64,000 bases of DNA from Acidimicrobiia bacterium (GTDB lineage: Bacteria; Actinomycetota; Acidimicrobiia; Spongiisociales; ZC4RG35): the NCBI GenBank assembly GCA_965215185.1, contig OZ244034.1, positions 2,304,001 through 2,368,000 of the forward strand, read 5' to 3'. The notes under the pieces were generated by a model. It saw only the letters and a list, made by a program, of their open reading frames with translations. It made no database searches and was not told where the DNA came from. Positions 31,512-41,292 of the stretch are shown here, one piece after another; the stretch's first letter is position 1; each line of letters opens with the position of its first letter. Position numbers and translations under genes: made by a program.

Positions 31512-34499
31512 TTACTGGCATTGTGCCGGGGTACTGTCCTTTTGGGACACCGCGAGGACGTATGTGCCCTTGAAGCCGCCTTGGGAGTTGATCTTGACGT
31601 AGTGCGAACCGGTGCCTGCTGCGGTGAACTCCAACCTCGCGTCATTTCCCGGGCCGCTGTCTAAATCGTGGGAATCGTCTATCCGGCCTCCGCCCTTGGA
31701 ATGGAGACGGCCGGCGGTTTCGTAGGCGCCGTGCAGCGCCGTGTCATCAGGGTCGACGTAGATGCCGAGCAGCTCCGGATCCGGCAACGTTGCAGTGCCG
31801 GAGCTGAGCCCGCGTACTTCGAGCACATACGTCTCCCCGGCGATGAGTTCGACGCGTATCCAGTCGATGTCCCACGACGGGTCGATTCTCGCTCGCGTCG
31901 GGTCGCCGAAGCAACTGCCGACTTCCACCGACGCGGAGGTGCTGAAATCGGGAACCGGGTCGTTTGCCTGCGGTGACGTGCTTGCCATCAAGAACATCGA
32001 CTTCAACGAATGGGTGCCGGGTGACTGAACGCGTACGTAGTAGATGCCTGAGGGGACCACGGCATTCACGTATTCCTCGACGTTCGACTCATTTGTGCTC
32101 GAGGCGAGAACCGCCAGCGTCGAGTCGGACTGTGGCTGCTCGAGGAACACATCTGCATCACGGGAGATGTCCAACAAGACGGCCGCGACGAATCGTTCTC
32201 GTGTCAACGTAAACTTGAAATAGTTCGATCCAGAACTCAGCCAGTCATGCCACACGAGGCTCAGAGCGCCCTGCGTGGTCATATCTCCAAGGTCAAGCGC
32301 GCCGACGGGTCCCGCAGCATCGTCATCGGCCACCGTTGCCGACACTTGCGCCGACAGCCCAGCATAGTTCGCGTCAGCCGATGTCGCGGTCGCTGTCACC
32401 GACACCGTCTCGAACGCATCGTCGTTGTCGTCGACACCGGCAACCGTGACGGTCTGGGCCGTGCCCCATGTCGCCGAGGTGAAGACCAGCAGCGCCCCGT
32501 CGCTCACCCTCAACGCCCCGCTGTCACCCGAGGACACCACAACGACGACATCCGCCGACGGGGCAGTGGAGAGTCTCACCGAGAACTCCCCGGTGCCCAT
32601 CTCGCCCACGCGCATCTGCGTGGCGTCCACCACCAACCCGGAATGATCGTCGTCTTCGACATCGACCTCCAACTCCACGCGTGTCTCGTCGTAGGCAGCA
32701 TCGGTGGACGAAGCCACCGCTGTGACGGTCACGTTGTCATCGTCAGCATCGTCGTCGTCGACACCGGCAACCGTGACGGTCTGGGCCGTGCCCCATGTCG
32801 CCGAGGTGAAGACCAGCAGCGCCCCGTCGCTCACCCTCAACGCCCCGCTGTCACCCGAGGACACCACAACGACGACATCCGCCGACGGGGCAGTGGAGAG
32901 TCTCACCGAGAACTCCCCGGTGCCCATCTCGCCCACGCGCATCTGCGTGGCGTCCACCACCAACCCGGAATGATCGTCGTCTTCGACATCGACCTCCAAC
33001 TCCACGCGTGTCTCGTCGTAGGCAGCATCGGTGGACGAAGCCACCGCTGTGACGGTCACGTTGTCATCGTCAGCATCGTCGTCGTCGACACCGGCAACCG
33101 TGACGGTCTGGGCCGTGCCCCATGTCGCCGAGGTGAAGACCAGCAGCGCCCCGTCGCTCACCCTCAACGCCCCGCTGTCACCCGAGGACACCACAACGAC
33201 GACATCCGCCGACGGGGCAGTGGAGAGTCTCACCGAGAACTCCCCGGTGCCCATCTCGCCCACGCGCATCTGCGTGGCGTCCACCACCAACCCGGAATGA
33301 TCGTCGTCTTCGACATCGACCTCCAACTCCACGCGTGTCTCGTCGTAGGCAGCATCGGTGGACGAAGCCACCGCTGTGACGGTCACGTTGTCATCGTCAG
33401 CATCGTCGTCGTCGACACCGGCAACCGTGACGGTCTGGGCCGTGCCCCATGTCGCCGAGGTGAAGACCAGCAGCGCCCCGTCGCTCACCCTCAACGCCCC
33501 GCTGTCACCCGAGGACACCACAACGACGACATCCGCCGACGGGGCAGTGGAGAGTCTCACCGAGAACTCCCCGGTGCCTGCCTCGCCCACGTTCAGGCCG
33601 GTAGGCACGGCAAGGAGTCCCGCAGCTTCCCTGCTGCCTCCGCCGCCTCCTCCGCCTCCTCCTCCGCCGCTTCCGCTTCCGCCGCTTCCGCCGCTTCCGC
33701 CTCCTCCGCCGCTTCCGCTTCCGCCGCTTCCGCCGCTTCCGCCTCCTCCGCTTCCGCCGCTTCCGCTTCCGCCTCCTCCGCCTCCGATGGAGTCGTCGCT
33801 GCCGGGGCTTTCTTCCGAGGGTTCCAATTCCAAGGCGCGTGCGAGGAACGTGGCCATCTCTGCTCTGGTAACAGCTTGGTCCGGGCAGAACATGGTGTCT
33901 TCGCATCCTTTGGTGATACCCGAAGCGGCGAGCTTGGCGACACTTGCCGCGTACCAAGCGTCGGAAGGCACGTCGCTGAAACCAGGGTCGGGTCCTTCAT
34001 CCAGACCGAAAGCCCGCGACAGGAAGGCAGCCATCTCGGCGCGGGTCGTAGTCCGATCGGGGCAGAAGACACTGCCGTCCCCGCATCCCTTGGTGACGCC
34101 AAGTACTGCCAGGCGCTCAACGAAAGCTACGTGAGGATGCGCCGCGTCCACGTCCCCAAAGCGCCTTGACGCAGCCGGCCAGGGGTCCGCTCCGTCCAGG
34201 ACGCGAACAGTCCACACCGCCACCGTCGCGCGATCTATGTCATCCCCGGGGCAGAACCCCTCATCGCACTCAGTGCCCACAAACACCCCGGCGGCGGCAA
34301 GAGTGCTGACCGGCTCCGCGTAGTAGGTGTCCGGGGGAACATCCGAATACGGCGCACCGTCCTGCGCCACGGCCACCGACGTTGCTGCCCCCAGTACCGC
34401 AGCCACCATGGCCACAACAGCCAACCCCCAAACCACCCCAACACGAACGCCACTCAACCACAACCGCACTAAAACGAACCCCCACCGAGGCCGACACAA
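31512..34499 (-). CDS. SLH-domain surface protein with Gly/Ser linker, four Ig/Calx-beta-like repeats and C-terminal PPC-like domains (start uncertain)
   Basis: Signal peptide, YSDVP/FSDVP..TRAEMA SLH repeats, VRLSTAPSADV..FTSATWGTAQTVTVAGVDD repeats, DIDWIRVELIAGETY. Confidence 0.85.
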   Translation of the reverse strand: MCRPRWGFVLVRLWLSGVRVGVVWGLAVVAMVAAVLGAATSVAVAQDGAPYSDVPPDTYYAEPVSTLAAAGVFVGTECDEGFCPGDDIDRATVAVWTVRVLDGADPWPAASRRFGDVDAAHPHVAFVERLAVLGVTKGCGDGSVFCPDRTTTRAEMAAFLSRAFGLDEGPDPGFSDVPSDAWYAASVAKLAASGITKGCEDTMFCPDQAVTRAEMATFLARALELEPSEESPGSDDSIGGGGGGSGSGGSGGGGSGGSGGSGSGGGGGSGGSGGSGSGGGGGGGGGGGSREAAGLLAVPTGLNVGEAGTGEFSVRLSTAPSADVVVVVSSGDSGALRVSDGALLVFTSATWGTAQTVTVAGVDDDDADDDNVTVTAVASSTDAAYDETRVELEVDVEDDDHSGLVVDATQMRVGEMGTGEFSVRLSTAPSADVVVVVSSGDSGALRVSDGALLVFTSATWGTAQTVTVAGVDDDDADDDNVTVTAVASSTDAAYDETRVELEVDVEDDDHSGLVVDATQMRVGEMGTGEFSVRLSTAPSADVVVVVSSGDSGALRVSDGALLVFTSATWGTAQTVTVAGVDDDDADDDNVTVTAVASSTDAAYDETRVELEVDVEDDDHSGLVVDATQMRVGEMGTGEFSVRLSTAPSADVVVVVSSGDSGALRVSDGALLVFTSATWGTAQTVTVAGVDDNDDAFETVSVTATATSADANYAGLSAQVSATVADDDAAGPVGALDLGDMTTQGALSLVWHDWLSSGSNYFKFTLTRERFVAAVLLDISRDADVFLEQPQSDSTLAVLASSTNESNVEEYVNAVVPSGIYYVRVQSPGTHSLKSMFLMASTSPQANDPVPDFSTSASVEVGSCFGDPTRARIDPSWDIDWIRVELIAGETYVLEVRGLSSGTATLPDPELLGIYVDPDDTALHGAYETAGRLHSKGGGRIDDSHDLDSGPGNDARLEFTAAGTGSHYVKINSQGGFKGTYVLAVSQKDSTPAQCQ
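32420..33577. repeat. Tandem 327-bp intragenic repeats (about 3.5 units, essentially identical)
   Basis: Identical ORFs recur at 32704, 33031 and 33358. Confidence 0.95.
33637..33786. repeat. Low-complexity CCG/CCT/CTT repeat encoding a Gly-Ser linker
   Basis: Direct inspection. Confidence 0.9.
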
Positions 34500-34656
34500 T
34501 TACTACAGATACAACTCATTTACAGAGCAGAAGTTAGCACTTTATACTCGGCGCTCTCATTTTTACCTCACAATCGCCTTATAAATATAACACAGCGGGG
34601 CAGCGTCCCATTGACGTGGTGGGAATGATCCTTACCGCAGGATTGGATGGTATCTC

Positions 34657-34980
34657 GTGAGGACCGTCATGCGTCGGCTGGCAAGACTGGTGTGCTGGGT
34701 TCTGCTGTGTTTCGTGTTAGCAGAAGGCGGTGCTGCGGCGGGGACTGCTGTTGGTGCAAGAGTGGCTTTATTCGCGGTTCCTTCAATGAACGTATGCGAT
34801 CGCACACCAGCAGTTCGCGACACGATCGTCGCCGCGGTCGCCGGAATCGACGATTGCCAGGATGTGACCGAGGCGCACCTCTCCGGAATCGGAAGGTCTC
34901 TCATCCTGAGACGCATGGGCATCACGGCTCTTAGGGTTGGAGACTTCGACGGTCTGACCTCTCTGAGGAGATTGACGTTG
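34657..34980 (+). pseudogene. Secreted leucine-rich-repeat protein, N-terminal fragment
   Basis: Signal peptide; VCDRTPAVRDTIV..CQDVTEAHL cap; ITALRVGDFDGLTSLRRLTL. Confidence 0.7.
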
Positions 34981-35172
34981 CCCGACCGCTATCGGCCCGT
35001 TCTATTCGCCATGCCTGGCTGACAGACATTATTCATCAGATCCACCAGCGGTCACGGGGCACGTATGGGGCGCTGCGGGTGCATGCCGAACTGCGGTTGG
35101 GTCATGGAATCTCGTAGGACACAACGCGGTGGCGATGCTGATGCCCAGGAGCCGGCCTGGCCGGTCTCAGTA
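34981..35172 (+). mobile_element. IS3 orfB fragment
   Basis: Nucleotide similarity to 29340-29532. Confidence 0.8.
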
Positions 35173-35174
35173 GG

Positions 35175-35461
35175 TGACCGACGGCCCATTGATGATCACC
35201 CCGAAGACGACAGCACCTTCGTAGCTTCTTACATGATCTCCGATCCGGAAGGAACCACCACCGCCACCATGTTGACCGGCACCGACCGAGACGACCTGCA
35301 AATCACCAACACTGGACAGCTCAGTTTCCAGGAAATCCCCGACTATGAAAACCCCACCGATTCCAACCGCGACAACACCTACCAGGTAACAATCGAAACC
35401 ACCGCCGGCAGCCACACCACCCGCCACAACCTCACCGTGAAAGTCACCAACCAAGACGAAC
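35175..35461 (+). pseudogene. Cadherin-like repeat fragment
   Basis: SDPEG..GQLSF..PDYENPTDSNRDNTYQVTI..VKVTNQDEP. Confidence 0.7.
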
Positions 35462-35696
35462 CTGAGGTTCCCCCGGTTTGGCGGACTGTTTTGGTTGGTG
35501 TTCATGCCACCAGTTGTTGTTGGTGGCGGTAGTTTACGGGGCTTTGTTGGTTGTTGTAGGAGTGTCTCCTTTCGGGGTTGTACCAGCCTTCGATGTACTC
35601 GAAGATTGCCAGGCCCTGCTGGTGGCGGGTCTCCCATTTCTGGCGGTCCAGCAGTTCTGTTTGGAGGGTGGCGAAGAACGATTCCACGACGGCGTT
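35462..35696 (-). mobile_element. IS3 3' fragment with terminal IR
   Basis: NAVVESFFATLQTELL..IFEYIEGWYNPERRHS; end TGAGGTTCCCCCGGTTTGGCGGA. Confidence 0.8.
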
Positions 35697-36355
35697 GACG
35701 CCCCTATAGTCAAATTTTGGGTTTAGGGGGTGGTGTGTTGTCGGGTTTTGTGGTCGGTCATGACGCGTTGGTAGACCTCGCGGGCGAGGAAGCGTTTCAG
35801 GCAGCGGATGATGTCCTTTTTTGAGAGGCCCTGGGCGGTGCGACGAGCGACGTAGTCGATGGTGGGCTAGTGGAATCGCATTCGTACTATCGCTACTCGG
35901 TACAGCGCCGCGTTGGCTTGACGGTGCCCGCCTCTGTATAGACGATGCCTGTTGGTCTGTGCGGAGGAAGCCGGAATCGGACACGTGCCACAGAGTTTGG
36001 CGAATGCGGCCTCGGAACGGATCCGTTCGGGGTTGTCACCGAACACGATGAGAAGCTCCGCCGCGGAATCGGCTCCGATGCCAAAGCCGTCTCGCAGTGT
36101 TGGGGAGGCTTGGGCGGTGAGGTCGTCGAGCACGGTGTCGTGGGAGCGGATCTCGGTGTCGAGGTGGAGCCAGCGGCGTGCTAGTGCTCTTGAGTGAGTA
36201 CTTGGCGGAGGCTGTGGGGGTGTTGATCACCGAGACCCGAAAGCGTGCGCAACGGTTGATGAGCGCTTTGTTAGAAAGCCCATCGAGGGATTCGCGCAGC
36301 TCGGCCGGGGTGTTGACGATGATTGCCTTGAGGGTGATGATCGCCGAGGTTCGGC
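35697..36355 (-). mobile_element. IS110 element F (subfamily 2), C-terminal half with stops plus right end
   Basis: GIGADSAA..GDNPERIRSEAAFA..PASS..RHRL..RQANAAL; right end TTTGACTATAGGGGCGTC. Confidence 0.85.
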
Positions 36356-36790
36356 GAGCCTGTATACATGTCTGTGTGAGGTGGGTTCTTTATTGCTGTG
36401 GCTGGTGTGAGAGCCGGTCCGAGAGGAGAGTGTTTTGATGCCTATTGAACATGATGTGACGGAGGCGGCTGTGGTGGCTGCTGGTGTGGTGTCTGATGAG
36501 GTGGTGGAGGCGGTGGTTTCGGACGCTGCTGCTGGTGGTGTGGACCTTCTGGGTCCTGATGGGGTGTTGGCTGAGTTGACGAAGCGGATTCTGGAACGTG
36601 CTTTGGCTGAGGAGATGACCGATCATCTGGGCTATGAGTCCGGTGATCCGATGGGTCATGGTACGGGTAAGAACCGTAACGGGTCCTCTCCCAAACAGGT
36701 GCTGACTAAAGATCGGCGCGGTGGATTTGGACATTCCACGGGACCGTAACGCTACGTTCGAACCGAGGATCGTTCCCAAGGGCGCCCGGC
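36356..36790 (+). mobile_element. IS256-family left end and transposase N-terminal fragment
   Basis: End GAGCCTGTATACATGTCTGTGTGA; LLGPDGVLAELTKRILERALAEEMTDHLGY..RNG; PRDRNATFEP. Confidence 0.85.
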
Positions 36791-37230
36791 GCCGTAGCTG
36801 CCGGTGCCTTCCACCCCAACCCGCACCACACGACCCTGGGATCTCAACCAGCCGCCCAGTTCCTCAAAGCCGGTTGCATCGGCCGGGAACGGAGCGGTTC
36901 CCAGGACTCGACCGGCGGTGTCCACTACCGCCGCGACATGACAATCGCGATGGGTGTCCACCCCGCCAAACACCTCAACCAGGCTCTCTTTTTGTGACAT
37001 GAATGTCTTCTTCTTCCTTGGATAGACTCGCGGGTATCACCGGACCGGAAGCGGTGGACAGAACACTCATGATGGTGTGGAGAAGCAAGGCTCCTATAAG
37101 GTCACATCCGCTCCCGGGTCGGGGAGTGTCCCCAGGCCGAAAGCAGGCCGACAGATCATGATAAGGCACAAACGGCCAGTTTGTCAAGGGGTCAGACCCG
37201 CCCCGACCAGGGACCCCACCATTATCGAGT
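36786..37230 (-). mobile_element. IS110 element D (subfamily 2): left end plus recombinase N-terminal fragment (start 37000)
   Basis: GGVDTHRD, VEGTGSYGAG. Confidence 0.85.
37045..37215 (-). ncRNA. Putative bridge RNA of IS110 D (bounds approximate)
   Basis: Non-coding left end with scaffold shared with 41154-41290; guide-like segments match flank and element ends. Confidence 0.65.
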
Positions 37231-37587
37231 GTTTTGCAAATCGCTTTTCGGGGGTGGGGGTTGTTTGAGCTTTTTGGTGGGGTGGTTTGGGGTTGGGGCG
37301 AGTTCTGGGGGTTTAGTGGGGGGTTTTCCAGTAGCCGGTAGAGGTGGCGGGCGATGTACCGTTTGAGGCAGCGTCGTGCTTCGCGGGTGGTTTTTCCTTG
37401 GCTGATGCGTTTGGCTATGTAGGCCTGGGTTTTGGGACAGTGGCGGGTGCGGGTGATGGCCATGTTGTGGAGCGCGCGGTTGAGTTGGCGGTCACCGCGT
37501 CGGTTGAGTCGGTGGCGGGTGCGTTGCCCTGAGGAGGCTTGGAGGGGTGCTACGCCGGCTAGCCGAGCGAAGGCGGCTTCGTTACGG

Positions 37588-37766
37588 CAGCGGCAGCGTC
37601 CGAAACCACCGCCTCCACCACCTCATCAGACACCACACCAGCAGCCACCACAGCCGCCTCCGTCACATCATGTTCAACAGGCATCACAACACTCTCCTTT
37701 CGGGCCGGCTCTCACACCAGCCACAGCAATAGAGAACCCACCTCACACAGACATGTATACAGGCTC
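37588..37766 (-). mobile_element. Second IS256 left end, inverted relative to 36356-36533
   Basis: About 180-bp near-identical inverted copy. Confidence 0.9.
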
Positions 37767-38249
37767 GGTTTGAGCGCCTCGGCGGACGGTTTCCAGTACC
37801 CGCAGGGCTTCTCGGTCTCCCCGAGCGCGGGGAGCCGAAAGCCGGGAGCGTCCCAGCGCCTGGCGGGCGGCTCGTCGAGCGTCCAACGCGTCGGTTTTGG
37901 CGCCGTCGCGGGTCGGGTGGGGATGGCCGAACTCTATTACCCATTCACCAGCCTCAGAAAGGTAGTCGGTGACTCCTGCTCCGTAGCTACCGGTTCCTTC
38001 CACCACCCACGCTCGTTCCGCGGATGTGTGCTGGTTTGTCCACTCCAACAGTTGAGCATATCCCATGCTGGTTGTCCCAAAGCGCGCAGATGTCAACTCT
38101 CCGGTGGTGGCAGTGTCCACTACCGAAGCGGTGATCCAGTCACGGTCAGGGCCTATTCCTATCGTATGTTTTACCATCTCGGCTAGCATCGTATTTGTTC
38201 CTCTTTTCTGGTGTTACCGGTTAGAGCTGGCGTACCCCCGAGGAGCGGC

Positions 38250-38450
38250 AACCGTTACGGCAGACCTGTGATGGGTCACACCCATTTGGGTGGACAGGCT
38301 TCTGATCAGGCCAGCAACGAAGCACCCAGGCGGGCGCAGCGAAGGGTGTCGGACACATCGATTTGAAGACACGGACCGGTCGGTAAAGACAGAAACGGTC
38401 AGGGTTTTGGAGGGTCACGACACCACCGCTGCGCCTAGCCTGGCAGACTC
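38250..38450 (-). ncRNA. Putative bridge RNA of IS110 A (bounds approximate)
   Basis: Scaffold homologous to 39780-39960, with differences concentrated in two short guide segments. Confidence 0.7.
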
Positions 38451-38462
38451 TGAGAGCACCCC

Positions 38463-39698
38463 CTACATACTCACAGGGTTTGGTGCGGTGAGCCATTGGT
38501 GGTATCGGGTGGCGAGTTGGTGGTTGTGGTAGAGGCCTCGTTCGAGTTGTGAGAGGCGGTTTGGGTGGGCGTGGACGGCTGTGGCGGCCTGAGCGAGAGT
38601 GGTCCGGGTTTTTTGGCGTAAACAGCGTAGATCGGCGCCGTTGGGTGTTGAGGGTGGGTCGGTCAACAGTCGGTAGACCTGGCGGGCGATGTGGCGTTTC
38701 AGACAGCGGATGATCTCTCGGCGGGTTTTGCCTTCCGCCCGGCGTTTTTCGACGTATTCGATGGTGGTCTGGTCGCAGCGCATCCGAGTGGTGGCGATCC
38801 GCCACAAAGCGTTGTTGGCTTGGCGGTCGCCACCGCGGTTGAGGCGATGGCGCACAGGTCCTGAGGATGCCTGGACGGGACTGGCGCCGCACAACGCCGC
38901 GAAGGAAGCTTCCGATCTCATGCGTTCGGGGTTGTCACCAGCTGCGACCAATAAGGCGGCGGCGGTGTCCGGGCCGATCCCTGTGGTGGCCAACAGCGCC
39001 GGGTTGGCCCGGGCGCAGAGATCTTTGATCCGGGTGTCGAGTTCTCCGATCTCTGCGGTGAGGGTCTGGTATCTGCGGGCCAAGAGACGGAGGACATGTT
39101 TGGCGTAGGTGATGGTGGTGTCACCATCACCCGGACGAAAACCGGCACAGACCTTCCCGCGGGCTTTGGGGGAGAGCCCCCGAAGTTGGTGTTTGACCTG
39201 GTCGGGAGCAGTGACCACCAGGGCGTGCAGCTGGTTGATGGCCTGGGTACGGGCCTTGATCGCCGAACGGTGGGCCACTGTCAGCATCCGTATTGCTTCT
39301 ACTGGTCCGTTCCCGCTTTTGGGCAACCCGGTGGCCTGCCCGTTCAAAGCAGCCCGCGCCGCTGCCCGGGCGTCTGTGACATCGGTCTTGCCGAAGCGGC
39401 GGCGTAACTGGCGGTTGGGCCGGTTCACTTCCACCACCTCAACACCAATGCTCATAAGGTGGCGGGTCAGGCCGGCGCCGTAGCTGCCGGTGCCCTCCAC
39501 CCCGACCCGCACAACACGACCCAGGGACCCCAACCAGTTGTTCAACCGTTCATAACCGGCGACATCGGCCCGAAACGGCGCCGAGCCAAGGACCCGACCG
39601 GTGGCATCCACCACCGCCGCGACATGGGTATCACGGTGGGTGTCGACCCCACCAAACACAATCCGATCATCCTCTGACATATGCATCTTCTCCTTCAA
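38463..39698 (-). CDS. IS110 recombinase of element C (subfamily 2) with C-terminal XRE-like HTH
   Basis: DEDD: GVDTH, VEGTGSYG, KTDVTDA; Tnp ASSG; tail LRCLRQK..TLAQAA..LSQLERG. Confidence 0.92.
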   Translation of the reverse strand: MKEKMHMSEDDRIVFGGVDTHRDTHVAAVVDATGRVLGSAPFRADVAGYERLNNWLGSLGRVVRVGVEGTGSYGAGLTRHLMSIGVEVVEVNRPNRQLRRRFGKTDVTDARAAARAALNGQATGLPKSGNGPVEAIRMLTVAHRSAIKARTQAINQLHALVVTAPDQVKHQLRGLSPKARGKVCAGFRPGDGDTTITYAKHVLRLLARRYQTLTAEIGELDTRIKDLCARANPALLATTGIGPDTAAALLVAAGDNPERMRSEASFAALCGASPVQASSGPVRHRLNRGGDRQANNALWRIATTRMRCDQTTIEYVEKRRAEGKTRREIIRCLKRHIARQVYRLLTDPPSTPNGADLRCLRQKTRTTLAQAATAVHAHPNRLSQLERGLYHNHQLATRYHQWLTAPNPVSM

Positions 39699-39753
39699 AG
39701 GTAGAATTCGTTTCTGTTCTCTCTGACCCGAAAAAACGGTGGACAGACCACTC

Positions 39754-41153
39754 TGTGAGTATTGGGGGGGCCTTGTAGAGGCTGCCAGGATTGGCGTCAG
39801 CGGTGGTGTCGTGACCCGAGACCACTCTGACCTTTGTGTCTTTGCCGTGATATGTCCGACACCGCCGCGACGCCCCTGGGCGTTCCGTTGCTGGCCTGAT
39901 CAGAAGCTTGTCCACCCATGGGGTGTGACTCATCACAGTCCTGCCGTCACGGTTTGCGCCTTGTGAGGCACTAGCCCAGTTCGCACAAGAAAGAGAAGGT
40001 TTCTTATGTTGGCCACAATGGTAGAGCATGTGATCGGGATCGATCCTGATCGTGACCGGGTCACCGCCGCGGTAGTAGACACTTCCACCACCGGAGAACA
40101 AGCGACTGCGGTGTTCGGAACCACCCGGCTGGGATATGACCGGTTGTTGAAATGGGCAGACCAGCACACTCAGACGGCTGAGCGGGTGTGGTCGGTGGAA
40201 GGCTCGGGCAGTTACGGAGCAGGCGTGACCACCTATCTCGCTGCCCGAGGTGAACTAGTGGTGGAGTTCAACGATCCCACCCCTACCCGCGACGGCGCCA
40301 AAACCGACGCACTGGACGCTCGGCGGGCCGCTCGCCAGGTGCTGGGCCGTCCTTGGCCATCTGTCCCGCGGGCTAGGGGAGACCGCGAAGCCTTGCGAGT
40401 GTTGGAGACCACCCGCCAGGGCGCCCAAGGGGCCAGAGTATCGGCCATCAACCAGCTAAAAGCCCTGGTAGTGACCGCGCCAGTCGATCTTCGGGACCAA
40501 CTCCGAGGTCTGAGCACAACTGCTCTGGTGGCCAAGTGCGCGGCGTTTCGAATCCGACCCGCCTCCGTCAACGAACTGACCGCCACCAAACAAGCCCTAC
40601 GTTCTACAGCCAGACGCATCCGCAACCTCAACAATGAAATAGCAGAGCTGAAAACGCCCATCGCCGAAATGGTCACAGCCGCAGCTCCGCAACTGCTCGA
40701 CCAATTCGGGATTGGTCCGGTCACCGCCGCCCAAGTGTTCATCGCCTGGTCCCACCCAGGCCGATGCCGCAACGAGGCCGCGTTCGCTCGCCTGGCCGGC
40801 GTAGCACCCCTCCAAGCCTCCTCTGGACAACAAACCCGCCACCGGCTAAGCCGCTACGGCGACCGCCAACTCAACCGCGCCCTCCACACCATCGCTATCA
40901 CCCGCGCTCGGGACTGCCCCAAAACCCGGGCCTACATCGCCAAACGCATCAGCCAAGGAAAAACCACCCGAGAAGCCCGCCGCTGCCTCAAACGGTACAT
41001 CGCCCGCCACCTCTACCGACTCCTACAAAACCCGCCCCCAACCCCGGCCGAACCAGCCCCACCGTTCCACTCGGAAACGCCGCAACACCCCCACAAGCTC
41101 AAACATCCTCAAATCCCCGCCAAAAGCCTCGATTTGGAGAACATAGAAGCATC
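39754..41153 (+). mobile_element. IS110 element B (subfamily 1), apparently complete
   Basis: Left end TGTGAGTA shared with element A; right end CATAGAAGCATC; TC present at both junctions. Confidence 0.85.
39780..39960 (+). ncRNA. Putative bridge RNA of IS110 B (bounds approximate)
   Basis: Segments in LTG-RTG-LDG-RDG order match the left flank (AGACCACTC), right flank (TCAC), right end (AGAAGC) and left end (CTGTGA). Confidence 0.75.
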
Positions 41154-41292
41154 ACATGGCAAGAGCAAGGCTCCTATCAGGTCACAGCCGCCCTGTCGGG
41201 AGAGCACCGCCCCCAGGCCGGAAGCAGGCCGACAGATCACCACAAAGGCACAACAGCCAGGTCGGAGTCGAGTCAGACCCGCCCCGGCCTAG
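40006..41292 (+). CDS. IS110 recombinase of element B (ORF reads past the element right end)
   Basis: GIDPD, VEGSGSYG, AKTDALDA, ASSG, RQLNRALH. Confidence 0.92.
   Translation: MLATMVEHVIGIDPDRDRVTAAVVDTSTTGEQATAVFGTTRLGYDRLLKWADQHTQTAERVWSVEGSGSYGAGVTTYLAARGELVVEFNDPTPTRDGAKTDALDARRAARQVLGRPWPSVPRARGDREALRVLETTRQGAQGARVSAINQLKALVVTAPVDLRDQLRGLSTTALVAKCAAFRIRPASVNELTATKQALRSTARRIRNLNNEIAELKTPIAEMVTAAAPQLLDQFGIGPVTAAQVFIAWSHPGRCRNEAAFARLAGVAPLQASSGQQTRHRLSRYGDRQLNRALHTIAITRARDCPKTRAYIAKRISQGKTTREARRCLKRYIARHLYRLLQNPPPTPAEPAPPFHSETPQHPHKLKHPQIPAKSLDLENIEASHGKSKAPIRSQPPCRESTAPRPEAGRQITTKAQQPGRSRVRPAPA

Larger units (their letters stand above)
37231..38475 (-). mobile_element. IS110 element A (subfamily 1), recombinase split (37767-38189 and about 37260-37587) by an IS256 end
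   Basis: Both pieces are homologous to 40006-41150 (VEGTGSYG, AKTDALDA; ISQGKTTREARRCLKRYIAR). Confidence 0.8.

Noticed and set aside
32420-33577. Regular repeats as a CRISPR array
   Set aside because: The 327-bp units are in-frame coding repeats with no unique spacers, and no cas genes are present
32247-34169. Long opposite-strand ORFs (also 45108-46562, 46442-47557, 61625-63154)
   Set aside because: Antisense shadows of high-GC genes with no motifs
37045-39960. Bridge RNAs transcribed antisense to their recombinases
   Set aside because: Guide order and polarity fit the canonical arrangement on the recombinase sense strand
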